From the human T2T-CHM13v2.0 reference genome, Homo sapiens, in the NCBI RefSeq assembly GCF_009914755.1, contig NC_060939.1: a DNA stretch of 64,000 bases. One strand, written 5' to 3'. Below are positions 28,798 to 44,185 of the stretch, in pieces (positions within the stretch are counted from its first letter, which is position 1; the number at the start of each line of letters is the position of its first letter). The position numbers and the translations under genes are program-made. The notes beneath the pieces were generated by a model, which was given only the letters and a program-made list of their open reading frames with translations, searched no databases and had not been told where the DNA came from.

Positions 28798-29331
28798 TAG
28801 GTTCATCAGAATGAGAGTTAGATGCATAGAGCCATTAGAATTCAGACCCAGGAAAACCCTACTTATATGAAAGAAAGATTAGGAAGATTTGGGAAGTTCT
28901 TCTTAACAATAAACCATATGCTAAGCTCTTGAATACCACTGATGTTTACTGTAACATCTTCATAGGGCAGTCAGAAGAGAGATGTTAATAATCTATAGAT
29001 GGCTAGTTGGAGGGACAACTTACATGTTTCCTGCTCAGTGCTGCACTAAGAGCTCATGGGTGCCCCTGGTAATAATTTATGCTCTTAATCCCCATGGATT
29101 ACCTAATTTCCTAGATAAACTATTCCCGACAGTCAGCGCTTTGCAGGGCTTCTGAGCCATTAAACACACACATACATCCCGTTATTTTTTGAGAAATTAT
29201 CAGAATGCTTTCATGAAACTTCGTCTCGAATAATTTACCATTTTGTGGAGAGGATATTTAAAAGTTTCACTGGGAACAATTGTAGAACATTCATATAAAT
29301 TCCAGAGGGAGATATTTGCACACTTAGAAAG

Positions 29332-29672
29332 GGTCTTTTGCAGGGACATGGATGGAGCTGGAAGCCATTATCCTCAGCAAACTAACACAGGAACAGAAAA
29401 CCAAACACTGCATGTTCTCACTTATAAGGGGGAGCTGAACAATGAGAACATGTGGATGCAGGGAGGGAAACAACACACACTGGGGCCTGTTGTGGGGTGA
29501 GGTGGGAGGTGGGAAAGCATCAGGATAAATAGCTGATGCATTGCTGGGCTTAATACCTGGGTTGATGGATTGATAGGTGCAGCAAACAAACATGGCACAT
29601 GTTTACCTATGTAACAAACCTCCCGAGTCATGCACATGTAGCCCGGAACTTAAAATAAAATTGTTTTAAAAA
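29332..29672 (+). mobile_element. Primate L1PA (about L1PA13-16) 3' end, 5'-truncated, sense to the gene
   Basis: gcagggacatggatggagctggaagccattatcctcagcaaactaacacaggaacagaaaacc...acctatgtaacaaacct...aataaa. Confidence 0.9.
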
Positions 29673-30111
29673 GGTACTGGGATATAAGCTTATAAATAAT
29701 TGTGAACAAATAATATAAAAATCAATATGTATTTAGACATATCTCAAGGATGGATAATTTTATGGAACCCACCCAAACTTCCATTTATATTTTAAAAAAG
29801 CATTCAGTCTTCAAGCTTATCAAGTTGTGTACTTTAAATATACATAACTTTTTGTATTTCTGTCATGCCTCAATAAAGTGGATTAAAATTTTTAAAACAG
29901 CATTAAGGGTAGACAGAATATCCTCCATTTAATGATAAATTTCTGATAGATCTCATGTATTTATAAGGTCTAACTACTAGTACCATTTGTTTGTAGTGGG
30001 CAGAGTGGATGCCCTTTAGTGCATATCTGTGTGTCAGATATTTGTGGTTTATTTTACATTTTTAAATAAAGGAGCTTCTGAATCTAGATTTTCTGCACTG
30101 GTTTGATCTAC

Positions 30112-30422
<311 letters not shown>

Positions 30423-31494
30423 TAGGTTTGATTTACCCTTGAGCATAGGTTCCTTTACCTGAAAGATCCTTTTCAGATATGCATATTTATTTACACAGAA
30501 GCCATTTGTTGAATGCTAAGAAATCCAAAGAAACAGGAGATGTCTTGTTCCACGAGACTTGTACAACAGGCCCCTACTTAACTGTGATAATTGATGGATG
30601 AGTGCTAACACAGTTCTAATGGAGTCAGAGGCAAGATAGGCCAGTTTTTTGACTGAGGTGTTTGGTGGAGGCATCATGGGGGTGACTACAGTTGAAGAGA
30701 TCTTAAAGACTTTTCCGGTTTTGCCTAGACTGGGAAGAACATCATGGCAGGGTCAAGGACATGGAGGCAGCCAGGTGTAAAATAATCTGAGAACAGTAAG
30801 TTGACTTGTGTGACTGAAGTAGAAGAATCTTGCAAGGAAAGGTGAGAGAAAAGGCCAGAGAAGTGGTCATGGTGCAAGGCTTCTTTCCCAGGATCACCTC
30901 TCAGAGCTAGATGCTCTTTACCCCAATGGGTCACACTAGTATTTCAGCCTTCTGGGTGGGGATTGTTTCGGGGACATTTTAAGTTCAATCCAAATTAGGC
31001 ACTTGGGGATTGGCCAGGAAAAATCTATAAATATCTGTCGTTTCTTCTTTCCCTTTGCCTCAGATGAAGAGGCTTTTTTCTTTTTTTCTTTTTTTTTTTT
31101 TGAGACTTAACTCTTCCATCTGTGTTCCTAGTTCTATCTTGGCTTTTAAAGAAGTACTTCTTTGTAAAACAGCTTCAGATACTTAGTAGTTCCTTTATTC
31201 TTAGTTTTTGAGGTAGCTCCCTACCTTCTCCAGTTATCAGATAATCAGAAGACTTCACTTTTCCCTCTGCTTTCCTTTGTCATGGTACAAAATAGATCCA
31301 GAGGGGATATGGTAGTCTGATTGAAAGGAAAAGTGTTTTGTTCTTTCCATTCTGACTTGAGTCAGAATTTACCATAGTTACTTGGTTTTATTTTATATGC
31401 ACCCTTGTAGGCTGACTTAAATACCTCCTTTTAAAAAATAAGACAAAAATGTAACATACATTAATTCATTTATTGCTCACACCTTTTTTTTTAA

Positions 31495-31610
31495 CCATTT
31501 GCCTTTATTTTTATCCCCATTTTGTAGGTGAGAAACTGAGGAACAGAAAGGTTTTAAAACTTGCGTAAGGCAGCCTAGCTCCAGAGTTCATGCTTTTAAC
31601 CACGATGCTA
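31495..31610 (-). mobile_element. MIR fragment
   Basis: atccccattttgtaggtgagaaactgagg...cttttaaccac. Confidence 0.6.
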
Positions 31611-33002
31611 GCTTAATAGAGTCACTAAGCTACTCATTTGTCCCTTCATTTCCTTTGATGTTTCCTGTATGAGACATCTCTGCTAGTATGTATTTAAGTA
31701 AAGGAGCATTCTCCACTCTTTAAACATATTTTTGTGATAACCCTTCCAAAGCAAATGTTCACAGTGTAATCTAAGGTAAACAGTTACATTGTACTTTCTT
31801 AAAAATTTCCAGAACATTAAAATATGTGTTCTAGTTAAGTAAAATTCTCAAAATACAAGCTCCAGATAATAGTCTCTGAATGAACAGAAGCAAGTTTATT
31901 GCTTTGAATATGAGTGAATGCCAAAATTAACCTGGCAGTAGTGTTGACAAATAGGCTTTTTCATGAAGAACTTCTTTCTTTTCCCCTTTGCTTTGTTTTT
32001 TTGGACAATTGATAAAAAGAGCAAGTTGTACCTCTGCATTTTTTGGAGCGCATGACTGTACAATGGTGTATATTTGCCTGGAGGGATGAGGGAAGTCTTC
32101 CATGGGAAGCTGAGTCATTTTTTGGCTTGTCTGACTGTGTGACTGTGCTAGAGCTATTCTTTTTTTGAAGAGAAAAATAAGAAGTCAAGTAATTTCCTAA
32201 AGTAATACATTTTTATTTTATGTGGGATTCATATTTTCCTTGGGTTGTGGTTATTTTGAGCAGGAGTTTTTGTGTCTGGCCAGGAGTATTCTTCTAATAC
32301 AGAAACTACTTCAGACAAAATTATTTTCTCTCCTTGTTTAATAACTAAATTTGGTCAGCCATTGGAAGTCTTAGGGTTGTGATTGTGGTGGTAAACGAAG
32401 ACATTATTAGTTATTCATCTCACCTTGGATGTATCATACCATTTTTGGCACTCTGGAGAAATTTAAGAAATGGCTGTTGCCTTTAAGGCAATTATTATTT
32501 GCTTAGAATCAGACCAACATGCAGTAGCAATGAACAACACAGGGCAGGACACCATAGAGTCAGCAAGGCAGAGTCTAAGCCCCATAGTGGTTCAAAGGAG
32601 AGCGTTTTAAGGAGGGTTAGAGTAGGCAGAGAGAGCTGAATTGGGAAAGTAGAATTAAAGGATGGACTTTGACTAAGGTGGATAGGCGAGAGAGGGAATT
32701 CCAGAAACCATGATTGTTCTGAGAGCCGGGGGCCTTGAAGTAGGAAGAACCATATTCTGATTGTGGAACCTTGATACACAATTAGGCTTTATCTTGAAGA
32801 ACAATAGAAAATGAGATTGGTTAAGGGTCATGGAGTAGTCTGAAATCCAGACAAGGGAGATTAGACTGGATGAAGCTAAAGACTTTTGTACTGCCTTTCT
32901 GAATGACAGCCTAAGTCATATCACTTCTTTGTTCAAACATCTTCACTGGCTCCCTATTGCCCCTGAATAGAGTCTTAAACTCTTTAGCATAACACATACA
33001 CT

Positions 33003-33665
33003 TTTTTCATTTTTAATTGACACATAGTTGTACGTATTTATGGAGTACAGTGTGATATTTTGGTACATGTATACAATGTGTAATGATCAAATTAGGATAA
33101 TTAGCATATCTGTCACCTCAAACGTTAATTATTTCTTAATGATGAAAACATTCAAAATCCTCTCTTCCCGCTAGTTTGAAATATACAATATATTATTGCT
33201 AACTATAGTCACCCTTCGGTGTGATGGAATACTACATTTGTTCCTCTTATGACTCTTTACCCATTGACCAACCTCTCCCCATTCTCTTCTCCCCATCCTT
33301 GTCCCAGCCTCTAGTAACCACTGTTGTACTCTTTATTTCTGTGAAATCAACTTATTTAGATTCCACATTATCAGTGAGATCTTATGGTGGTTGTCTTTCT
33401 GTGCTTGGTTTATTTCATTTAACGTAGTGTCCTCTAGGCTCATCCATCTTGCCATAAATAACAGGATTTCATTATTTTTTACAGCTGAATAATATTCTGT
33501 TGTGTATATGTACCACATTTTCTTTATCCATTCATCTGTCGATGGACACTTAACTTGGTTCTGTACCTTGGCTATTGCAAACAGTATACTAAACATGAGA
33601 GTGAATACTGATTTCCTGTCCTTTGGATATATACCCAGTAGTGGGATTCCTAGATCATACGGTGG
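33003..33665 (-). mobile_element. L1MA-like 3' end
   Basis: gtacatgtatacaatgtgtaatgatcaaattagg...ctttggatatatacccagtagtgggatt. Confidence 0.85.
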
Positions 33666-34641
33666 TTTTCTTCTTGCATCATCTGTTTGTATAACCTATG
33701 CTGTTAATGCTTTTCCTACCTGATGTCATAGCAGTCCCTTGCATGAATCTGATGCATGTAACCAGACATTGTGCTATTCCTCTGTCATACCTGGCATTCA
33801 TTAACATCTTTACCTTCACTCACACTCTTCATATGCAACACCCACCTCCTCTCTTCCATTTTCTCTGTTTCCTTCCGTTTATTTTAAAACAGCATCTTTT
33901 CTTTCTTATCACTTCAGCCAGAGATCCTCTTCCTTTTGCTGAAATTCTGCTTTTCATCTGTACTACCTACCCAAGCTGTCTTGTGTTTGTGTTTCATACA
34001 GTTGCTCCTGCTGTATTTTCTTTGAGGACTCAAAAATGTTTTATGTATTTGTATATCTCTCATAACACCTTACAGGGCAACTCACCTAAAACAGACACTT
34101 AAATATTTGCTGAATGGGTAAAGAAATTTGGCTAATATTCATTAGTTTGCTACTAATTGACCGTGGCATGCTGATGACAACGAGATCCCATTACAGAATT
34201 ATGGTCAGTAAATGTCAGCATTGTTTCCTTTTACCTCATTGCCTTTGTTTTTTATGGAATGAAGTTTGTTCTTATTTCCATAGATGATCATATGGAAAAG
34301 GAGTTTCTCACTTGTTGCCTCTTCCCTTCTTTTTCCATTTCCTTTCCAAAACACTTGTCCACCCTGCCTCTCTCCTTCAGCTATATGAAACCTTTGTTCA
34401 TATTCCTGACCAAGACAGCAGTACGTGTATTCAAGTGTTCTATTTTGGTTTCTATGGCAGGATCTCTTTGACACAATCAAAAGTATACAAAAGGATAGTC
34501 GTGATGCATGGAACTCACTTCTTGGTAATGGTCCCTTTTTCTCTGTCAGTGTTTTGTTTTCTTCTTAAAGTTCTTAACAATCTAAATTATTTATTGTCAG
34601 GTTAGTAATCTTATAGCAACCATTATATAAGGATTCACTTA

Positions 34642-36085
<1,444 letters not shown>

Positions 36086-36565
36086 CTTTACTGAAAAGCT
36101 TATTGAAGATTTAGGGCAGTGACATGGAGTTGTACTATACAGTCCCAATAATGTCACAGATTTTCCATGTGAAATTTCCTGGTTGTTGTTGAAATTGTTA
36201 GTTACTCTATTTGCCATGTTTAGTGTTCTTGGCCCTCAGGTTTTAAAAGTTCTAATGTATCTTAAAAACATGTTAGGAAAATTTGACAATACATGAAACA
36301 TTTATTATGCTTTGAATAGGTGCAGTTTATTATGTGTAAATTATACTTTAGTAAACCTGTTTAAAAATTACCTCATAATAAATACTTTTCAAGATCTAGA
36401 TTACCATCTGAAATAGATTTTTTTTACTGGTGGTTTTGTCTGAATCACATACGCATTTTGCACTTGTATATATACCAACTATTTGGGTGGGAAAAATAGC
36501 ATAAGGTTGTGAATTCATTTGAATTGACTATTTGATGGTATAGTTATCATGTTTAAGTAGATCAA

Positions 36566-36875
36566 GCGTGGTGGCTCACACCTGTAAATCCCAGCAGTTT
36601 GGGAGGCCGAGGCGGGTGGATCATTTGAGGTCAGGAGTTCAAGACCAGCCAGGTCAACATGGTGAAACACCGTCTCTACTAAAAATACAAGAATTAGCTG
36701 GGTAGTAGTGACACGTGCCTATAATCCCCAGATACTCAGGAGGCTGAGGCAGGAGAATCACTTGAGCCTGGGAGGCGAAGGTTGTGGTGAGCCAAGATTG
36801 TACCACTGCACTCCAGTCTGGGCAACAGAGTGAGACCCTGTCTCACAAAAAAAAAAAAAAAAAAGAAAGAAAAAG
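36566..36875 (+). mobile_element. AluS SINE
   Basis: Sense Alu with A-rich tail. Confidence 0.9.
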
Positions 36876-37420
36876 TAAATGTGGAGAGAACATATTCTTC
36901 TTACCTTAATGCCTTAAAAGGGATGCTATTATTTATAGTAATTTTACTCAAAAATTTGCACTTACGGGCTTCATGAAATTGGTAAGATTTCTACATGTGA
37001 GAAGAAGTTCTTGTGTCATTGTACTATTATGAAGTAGCTTTTGTTTTTGTTTTTGTCAGTGCTGGACTGTCTTATGTTCTTGTGGTCATGCTAAAAAGAA
37101 ATGTTGTTAGAAGATTCAAAACTATGAGTAAATATGGCTTATAGTTTTATCAAATACAACAGTCTTTAGGATCTGGTTTTAAATAGACAACATAAATGGT
37201 TATCAAACAGTACACTGCATGAGTAGTGTCTCATTTCCCTTTTGGATAGCATTATTTGATAGGTTGAATAGGAGAATGCCATACATTTAGTATGTATTAA
37301 TTTCAGGAAGAAGTTTTATTAATTATTCTGTATTGTATAGAAGATGGAGGTATGGGACTCAGAATTCAGTTGGCTTTGTAGCTGATAGACCAGCATTTTA
37401 CTTAATCTTAGGAGTGCTGG

Positions 37421-37730
<310 letters not shown>

Positions 37731-38709
37731 TTAGGAGTGCTGATTGATGGACAGATGTCCTACCAGGGGAGGCTTTTAGTGATTTAATTCTGGGTTCCAT
37801 CATTAGCCTTGCTCTTCAGATTTATGAATGATACAGAGTTTGGAGAAACAGCTGTTACTTCAGTGATGGAATTTAGGTTCACTATACTCTCTTAAGGCTA
37901 AAATGATAACTTTAAAACAAATGAGAATTTATTTGAGAGAATATATCTATACAGAAAGCTATAAAGTAGGTTTTAAAACAAAATCACAAGATTATAGTTT
38001 AAAGGAGACCTGATACTGTAAGTCACACTGAAAGAAAATATATGGGAAGTAAGTTTATTTCACAATAAACTTATTCTTCTAGCGGTGTAATATGTGTGTC
38101 AAGAAAACCAATTTGATCTTAGTTATCCCAGTGTGCACCATGTCAGAGGATTTTGTTTGGGGCATCCACATCACAAGAAGTACACTAACTAGAGAGCACT
38201 CAGGTATTCTGTTGTCTGAGGAGCCGTTGTGGGAATCATGATTCGAAAGAGAAGCCTGAAGAGGGTGGTGAAGCACGACGGCCATCTTTAAATATCTGAA
38301 ATGCTGCCAAAAGAAATAATGAATGTTTGCTCCAAAGAGAAAAGCCAGATCAGTGTATCTGTTCATTTTCAGGAAGACTTGGGTAGCAATATCCAGAGAT
38401 CTTTTAGTCTGTATGTTTGGTTTGTTCATTCTATTTTTGTAAGATATTACTATAGAGAGAAACTTTTAAAAAGTGGAATGTCAAATATTGAAATGTTGGC
38501 AGAGAAGTTGAGTCCGTTTAATGTAAAATTAAGAATCACTTGGCATTTTTATTTTTAAAAAAACATCTTTTTCTGTCCTTTAGCATTTATGTAAAATCAA
38601 ATGTAGGGATATTGATTATGAGTAATGAATCCCAAGTTTTCTTTCCTCAAATACTAACTTTTCTCTGTTATAGTTTCATTTCTTGGGGGATTTATCAAGT
38701 GGCAAAATT

Positions 38710-38930
38710 AGATGTAGTGGAAAGACTGATTTACACAACTGAGTTTAAAGCAAATCTGTTTTATTAGCTGTGTGATGTTATATAACTGACTTAAATTCTA
38801 AGTGCTACTTTTCCTCATCTGTAAAATAGACAGTAAAATTTCACCTTACAGGTTTTTATGAGGAATCAATGAAATTGTACCTGTGGAAGCACCTGGCAAA
38901 CAGGAGGTATTCAGTAAATGTTGTGGTTAA
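38710..38930 (+). mobile_element. MIR
   Basis: tagctgtgtga...ttcctcatctgtaaaat...cctggcaaacaggaggtattcagtaaatgt. Confidence 0.65.
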
Positions 38931-41112
38931 TAAATCTTGCTCCAGAAGACTTGTCCTCAAGATTAAACTATCCTGTCACTTTTTCCCAACTGAAATTTTG
39001 ATTCTGCCATCTCCCTTTCTTCCTTCCTCCCTCCTTTTATTTCACAAAGCTGTTGGTAATTTTAGTAGAATTTAACATTTGTGTGTATGATCCATGAGAC
39101 CTTGTTCCTGTAAAGAGCACAAGTTTACGAAGATACTTTTTTCTTATATTGTTCCATATTAGTTTGTTGTTATTTTAATTGTTGCTATTATTGTCAGTTA
39201 GCTGCTGCCAGTTAAATTGTCTTAAGTTTTCTTCTTGCAAAGATAGTAAAGGGTTAAGGAAAGGAGCTGTTGGCTACTGCTTGCTACTAATTTGAAAAGA
39301 AATGGTGGTTATAGCCTTCTAGGTCTCTCCTTCTCCTTTACCCTTTTACTGTCTTGTAATCTTCAAATCTGTATGTTAGTGAATGCTAGGAGGGAACAGT
39401 AGACCTGCTTCTCCTGGAGCCATAGTACAAGGAAAGCCTAATTGGAGACGATCCTTTGCAGCCATTGTAAAGTATTTTCTTCTTTCACCTCTCAAATATT
39501 CATTTGTCTTATTTGAAGCAGTCTATTATCTAAGCAGACAGGAGTTGCTCAAGTGGAGGCTAAATGTTTTATCTGTATTCTAATACATTTTACCACCAAC
39601 ATATGTGTAACTCTGGATGGATCACTATATTTAAGTTTAGATTAATGAAAATTGTTGACTGTGGTAAACTTTTCCTTCCTTCCCATTTCATGTGAAGAAC
39701 AAAGGTAGAAAGTGTCATTATGCAGGAATAATGTTTTCTGCAAGTTTTAAGAGAATGTCTCAATTCCTTTTTCTTTCTCCTCTGAAACTACCGTATCCCA
39801 TGAACTATATGGCATGTGATAACTTCCTAGTCTCAGACTGGCAGTATATAATATTAGAGCAAGAAGGATCTTCAGATATGACCTAGCGTTGAATCTCTAA
39901 TTTTTCCATTCTGGAAATCTTGGTCCAGAGGGTCAAACTAGTATCTCCCAAGTTGCTCAGTGAGATAATGGCACACCTAGGAAGACAAAGAACCCTTGAT
40001 TTTCACTTAGTACCTTGTGTTCTCTGCAGAGAGTAAAATTGATCATTGATGAGTCATTAACCAGTGTCCATTCACATGCTGCTACTTTATGTTCACTTTG
40101 GGGTTTCAGGAAAAAATACATAGTAGCAGAAGATGAGCCCTACCCCTATCCCCACACCCCCACAAAAATATTCACTGGCCTTTGGTGTTCTGTTTGGGTC
40201 TTCAGCATCCCCCACTAGGTGGTGTCCTAATTCAGAAACTTTGCTGTGAGACTCCAGATGGGCTTCTGCCCTAACTGGAACTAAAGCAGCCACAGTGTTG
40301 ACCCATAAGAATGCTTAAACAATTTGGTAAGGTGCTAGATCTTGTAGTTAAGTAAATCAAATGAAAATTTAATTCATGAACACAAATGCTATAGCTAAAT
40401 TAAGATGTATAAAATATTTTTATATTTCATTTTCTGGAATCTTTAATAATTGCATGTTGGCCCTGTGGCATGAGACAGATTAAAAGCACTGGTTGTTTTT
40501 AAAGAATCTGGGACCATTTGTGTGGATAGAGGGCAGGATGGAGGCTGCAGAAAGAAAGGAAAGACAATTAATACTGTAAGTAACTACTGTTAAGTAGTAT
40601 GGCTGTAAATAATAAAATATTTTACTACAGGTTCCCCAAATTAAAAGAAAAGGGAAATAAACTCAGAACCTCCTTTAAATTTGTAACTCTCAGCTCTGGT
40701 TTAGATATGAAATGATTGGTTGCTGTATTTCAAAATCCTGGCAGAATTACTGTTCAATGGTTCCAGATGTTTTTGATAAAAACTTGGAATTGTCACATCA
40801 ACTGCAAAAGCACAAGACTGCAGATTCTGTCTTCTGTTGGGGAGTGCTGAGCAGATCCAGAGGGGAAAGCAACACAGACTCTTTTTTCCACCCAGAGCAT
40901 TTGTTTCCCACCCAGGGTATTTGTCCTCCAACAAGGAACAGAATATGTAAGGAATTGTCCTTTAATATGCAGAAAGAGCAGGAAATCTAGCTTTCCAGCC
41001 TGTGGCACAAAGCCAGAAGTTAGAAATAAAAAGGTTAGTCTTTATGTCTCAAACAGTAATCTAGGCTCTTTCAGAAAATTATATTATTTTGAAACAAGTT
41101 TCTCTCTCCTAA

Positions 41113-41558
<446 letters not shown>

Positions 41559-43079
41559 GTAGGAGGGTTTTAATGGTGATTAAACCATCTCTGATCCCTA
41601 GAGAGACAGATGCCTGGGAACCTTGGAAGCAGGAATCATTTGATTCTAATTAAAACAGAAGGGAGTGGCAGTGAGGAACAAACCATATTGAGGACAGAGG
41701 GGAGGCAGCTCTGTGTTCAAAAAAAGAAGAAGGGCGAGTTCTACATTCTAGCTTGGTGAAAGCTTTTACAGAAAAGATAATAAAGTATCAGTTTATCTAT
41801 ACATTCAAGCCTAAAGGCTCTTTCTGTCTGTGCCCTAGACCACATAGTTTGGAAGTATTTGTAAATCTCTGGTCAAGTTCCCATGCTTTTGATAAGCCTG
41901 AGCAAGAATTTTATTTACAACTTTTAAATCTCTGTCAAATCGTCTTGTTTCTACTGTTTTGTAGCCTCATTTGTAATGAAAAGCAACATCTGTTTCACTG
42001 CACATGTTGGTACCACTACAGAGCCAAGGCTCACTTGGGGCACGAGAAGGGGAGGGGTTGTCCGCCTTCATTCCTCGGATGAACCAGTGAGGAATAGGGA
42101 GATAAAACCTTATGGCTTTTATTTCAGAATAAAGCCTGTATGTAGCTGGGGTGTATTAATAGAAAGTTGAGGAAGACGTTTACAGTCTTCTTAGCAGGGT
42201 TTGCTGTATTTCCCTCCTTTAAGCTGGTCAGCAACTTGAATATCTGGCCTGAGGACACAGCAACTCATCTATACCCTTTTTCTATATCCGTTTTTTAGCT
42301 CCTGAAAAACCTTTTCACCAACTTTGTTTGCAATGTCAACAGAAATGTAGGTGTTAAATCTCTCCTCTCCCCTTCTGTTGTGGTATTTGAGCCACTGCTT
42401 TCACAGCCTAGCTAAGGACTACTCTGGACAACTCAAGGAAAATGTCAGCAGCTCCTAGAAAGAGAAATCCTTTTTTTTTTTTAATCCCTTTTTCTTTTGT
42501 TTCTTCACTCCTTTCTGCTTTTTGCTTCCCTCAGTTCCTCATCCTTTTCCCTCCCAAATCATTCATGATCCAAGTAAGAGAATGTCTCAGGTGAGAGAAT
42601 GCATTCTGAAGTAAGTCTGTCCCTGAGAATGTTAGATAGAGTGGGGGGCTAGAAGGGTCTGGAATAGTAAGAAAACAGGCAAATGAAGTAGCAGACCCAC
42701 AATTCAAGACCCAGTTAGTGTGCATAGAAACACTGAAGAAGTCCCAGCCAGGCAGCTATACTTAGTCGCAACAAATATTAACATACACAGAACTCCTTTG
42801 TTCCACTCCTTTTCTTTTTCATTTTCTTTAAATCAACTCCATCATCCCTTCTCCCTCCCCAAAAATAAAGCTTAACTCTTGATAATTTTTAAACTTTATC
42901 AGACACATTTATAGCCACGTCTCGATCCTAGAGACATAACTGCAATATTTGGCTGACATTTTTCTCGTGTTAAATCATTGCTTTGCATTTGGCAGGGAGG
43001 TATAGTGTATGCTTTGGGTAGTTTCAATTTTCTGTACCTCACGACAAGTCCATTGTACACGCTTGTGGTGTTTAGTATA

Positions 43080-44104
43080 ACACCCCCCTTCCTTTATTAG
43101 CATACTACTCTGACATCAAAGAACTGAGCTGCATCTTGCAATGCCTGACAGAGCCTTTTTCATAGGGGTGGGAGGAGGAGGAGGAGGAAGAAGAAGCGGG
43201 TTGGAAAAGGAAGCCTTGTTTTTCTCTTCGTCTCGGTAGATGAATCATGTTCCCACAACTGCAATTGGGTTTTCAAACCTCCAAGGCTGCGGGTGCGGAG
43301 CTGAAAGGGCAAGCAGTGACGTTCTTGAGAGAGAAGGAAAAAGGGAGGAGGAGGCTGGCTAGGGAGGGAAGGAGGGAGGGAGGGAGTACAGCAGGAGTGG
43401 TCTTTTATTTTTTTCCCTTTTACTCTGCTGTCCTTAGAGATTTTCAACTTAAATCAAAACCAAGCCCTACTGCCTGGTGAGCAAGAGAGATTCCAAAGAC
43501 TTTACTTTGAAAAGCATCTCCCAGCTTCTACTTTTTTTTAAGGAAAAGTAGATTTTCTTTGTCTTTGTTTTTGTTTTAAGCAAGAACAGAATCTAATGAC
43601 TTTTTTCATGCCATCGCTTTGAAATAGCGTCGTCTTCCTTTCTTTCTCTCCCTCTTCCTGGCAAAGTATATACTGGATTTTTATTGCCTTCTTGGGTTTT
43701 TTTCCCTACGTGTATCGGCCGTTATGCTTAGCCAGTTTATTCTTTATTTTTTTACTGGAGTCATTGCCAGTGATGGAAACGGTGTTTGCTTCTCTTTCAG
43801 TCAAGATCTGCACAAAGTATAGCATTAGGTGGTATTTATTGTTTATGAGTTCTACATTCATCTTTCCAGCACTCTGAAGTTATCAGCAAGTTCTCAGTCA
43901 GTTCAAGGCATTGGATTCTGCTTGATTTCTTTTTAATTCATTGTTTTTGACCCCTTTGAGAGTTTTAATAGAGAGGAGTCTGGAAGGCAGAGATCTCCAC
44001 CACCTAACCGTGAGAAATTTGGAACTAAGGACTTGCACTGGTCCCCAAGTTAACAGTGGATATACTTCCTGCATTTTCTCTGTTCTTTCTTGCATTTGGG
44101 CAAA
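43080..44104 (+). promoter_or_regulatory. Internal promoter and 5' UTR of the short AKAP13 isoform (TSS not determinable)
   Basis: Repeat-free region with raised CpG content, GGA/GGGA tracts (43164-43200, 43343-43386), CRE-like TGACATCA at 43111 and reverse CCAAT near 43264, directly upstream of the alternative first exon. Confidence 0.65.
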
Positions 44105-44185
44105 ATGTATGAACGGCACAAGAGGCGCTACAGCCTCTGTGACATCTCCAAGGTGGACAGGACTGTGGACGTGGTATTGCTGAAG
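44105..44185 (+). CDS. AKAP13: Coding part of the alternative first exon of the short (Brx-type) AKAP13 isoform: MYERHKRRYSLCDISKVDRTVDVVLLK
   Basis: aaaATG at 44105, 27 codons, strong donor AAG|gtaagg at 44185/44186, phase 0 matching the exon at 63381; matches the Brx N-terminus as I recall it; too short for the ORF track. Confidence 0.88.

Noticed and set aside
33698-34605. Hydrophobic 70-134 aa ORFs
   Set aside because: Pyrimidine-rich degenerate L2/intronic sequence yields Phe/Leu-rich translations; no gene structure
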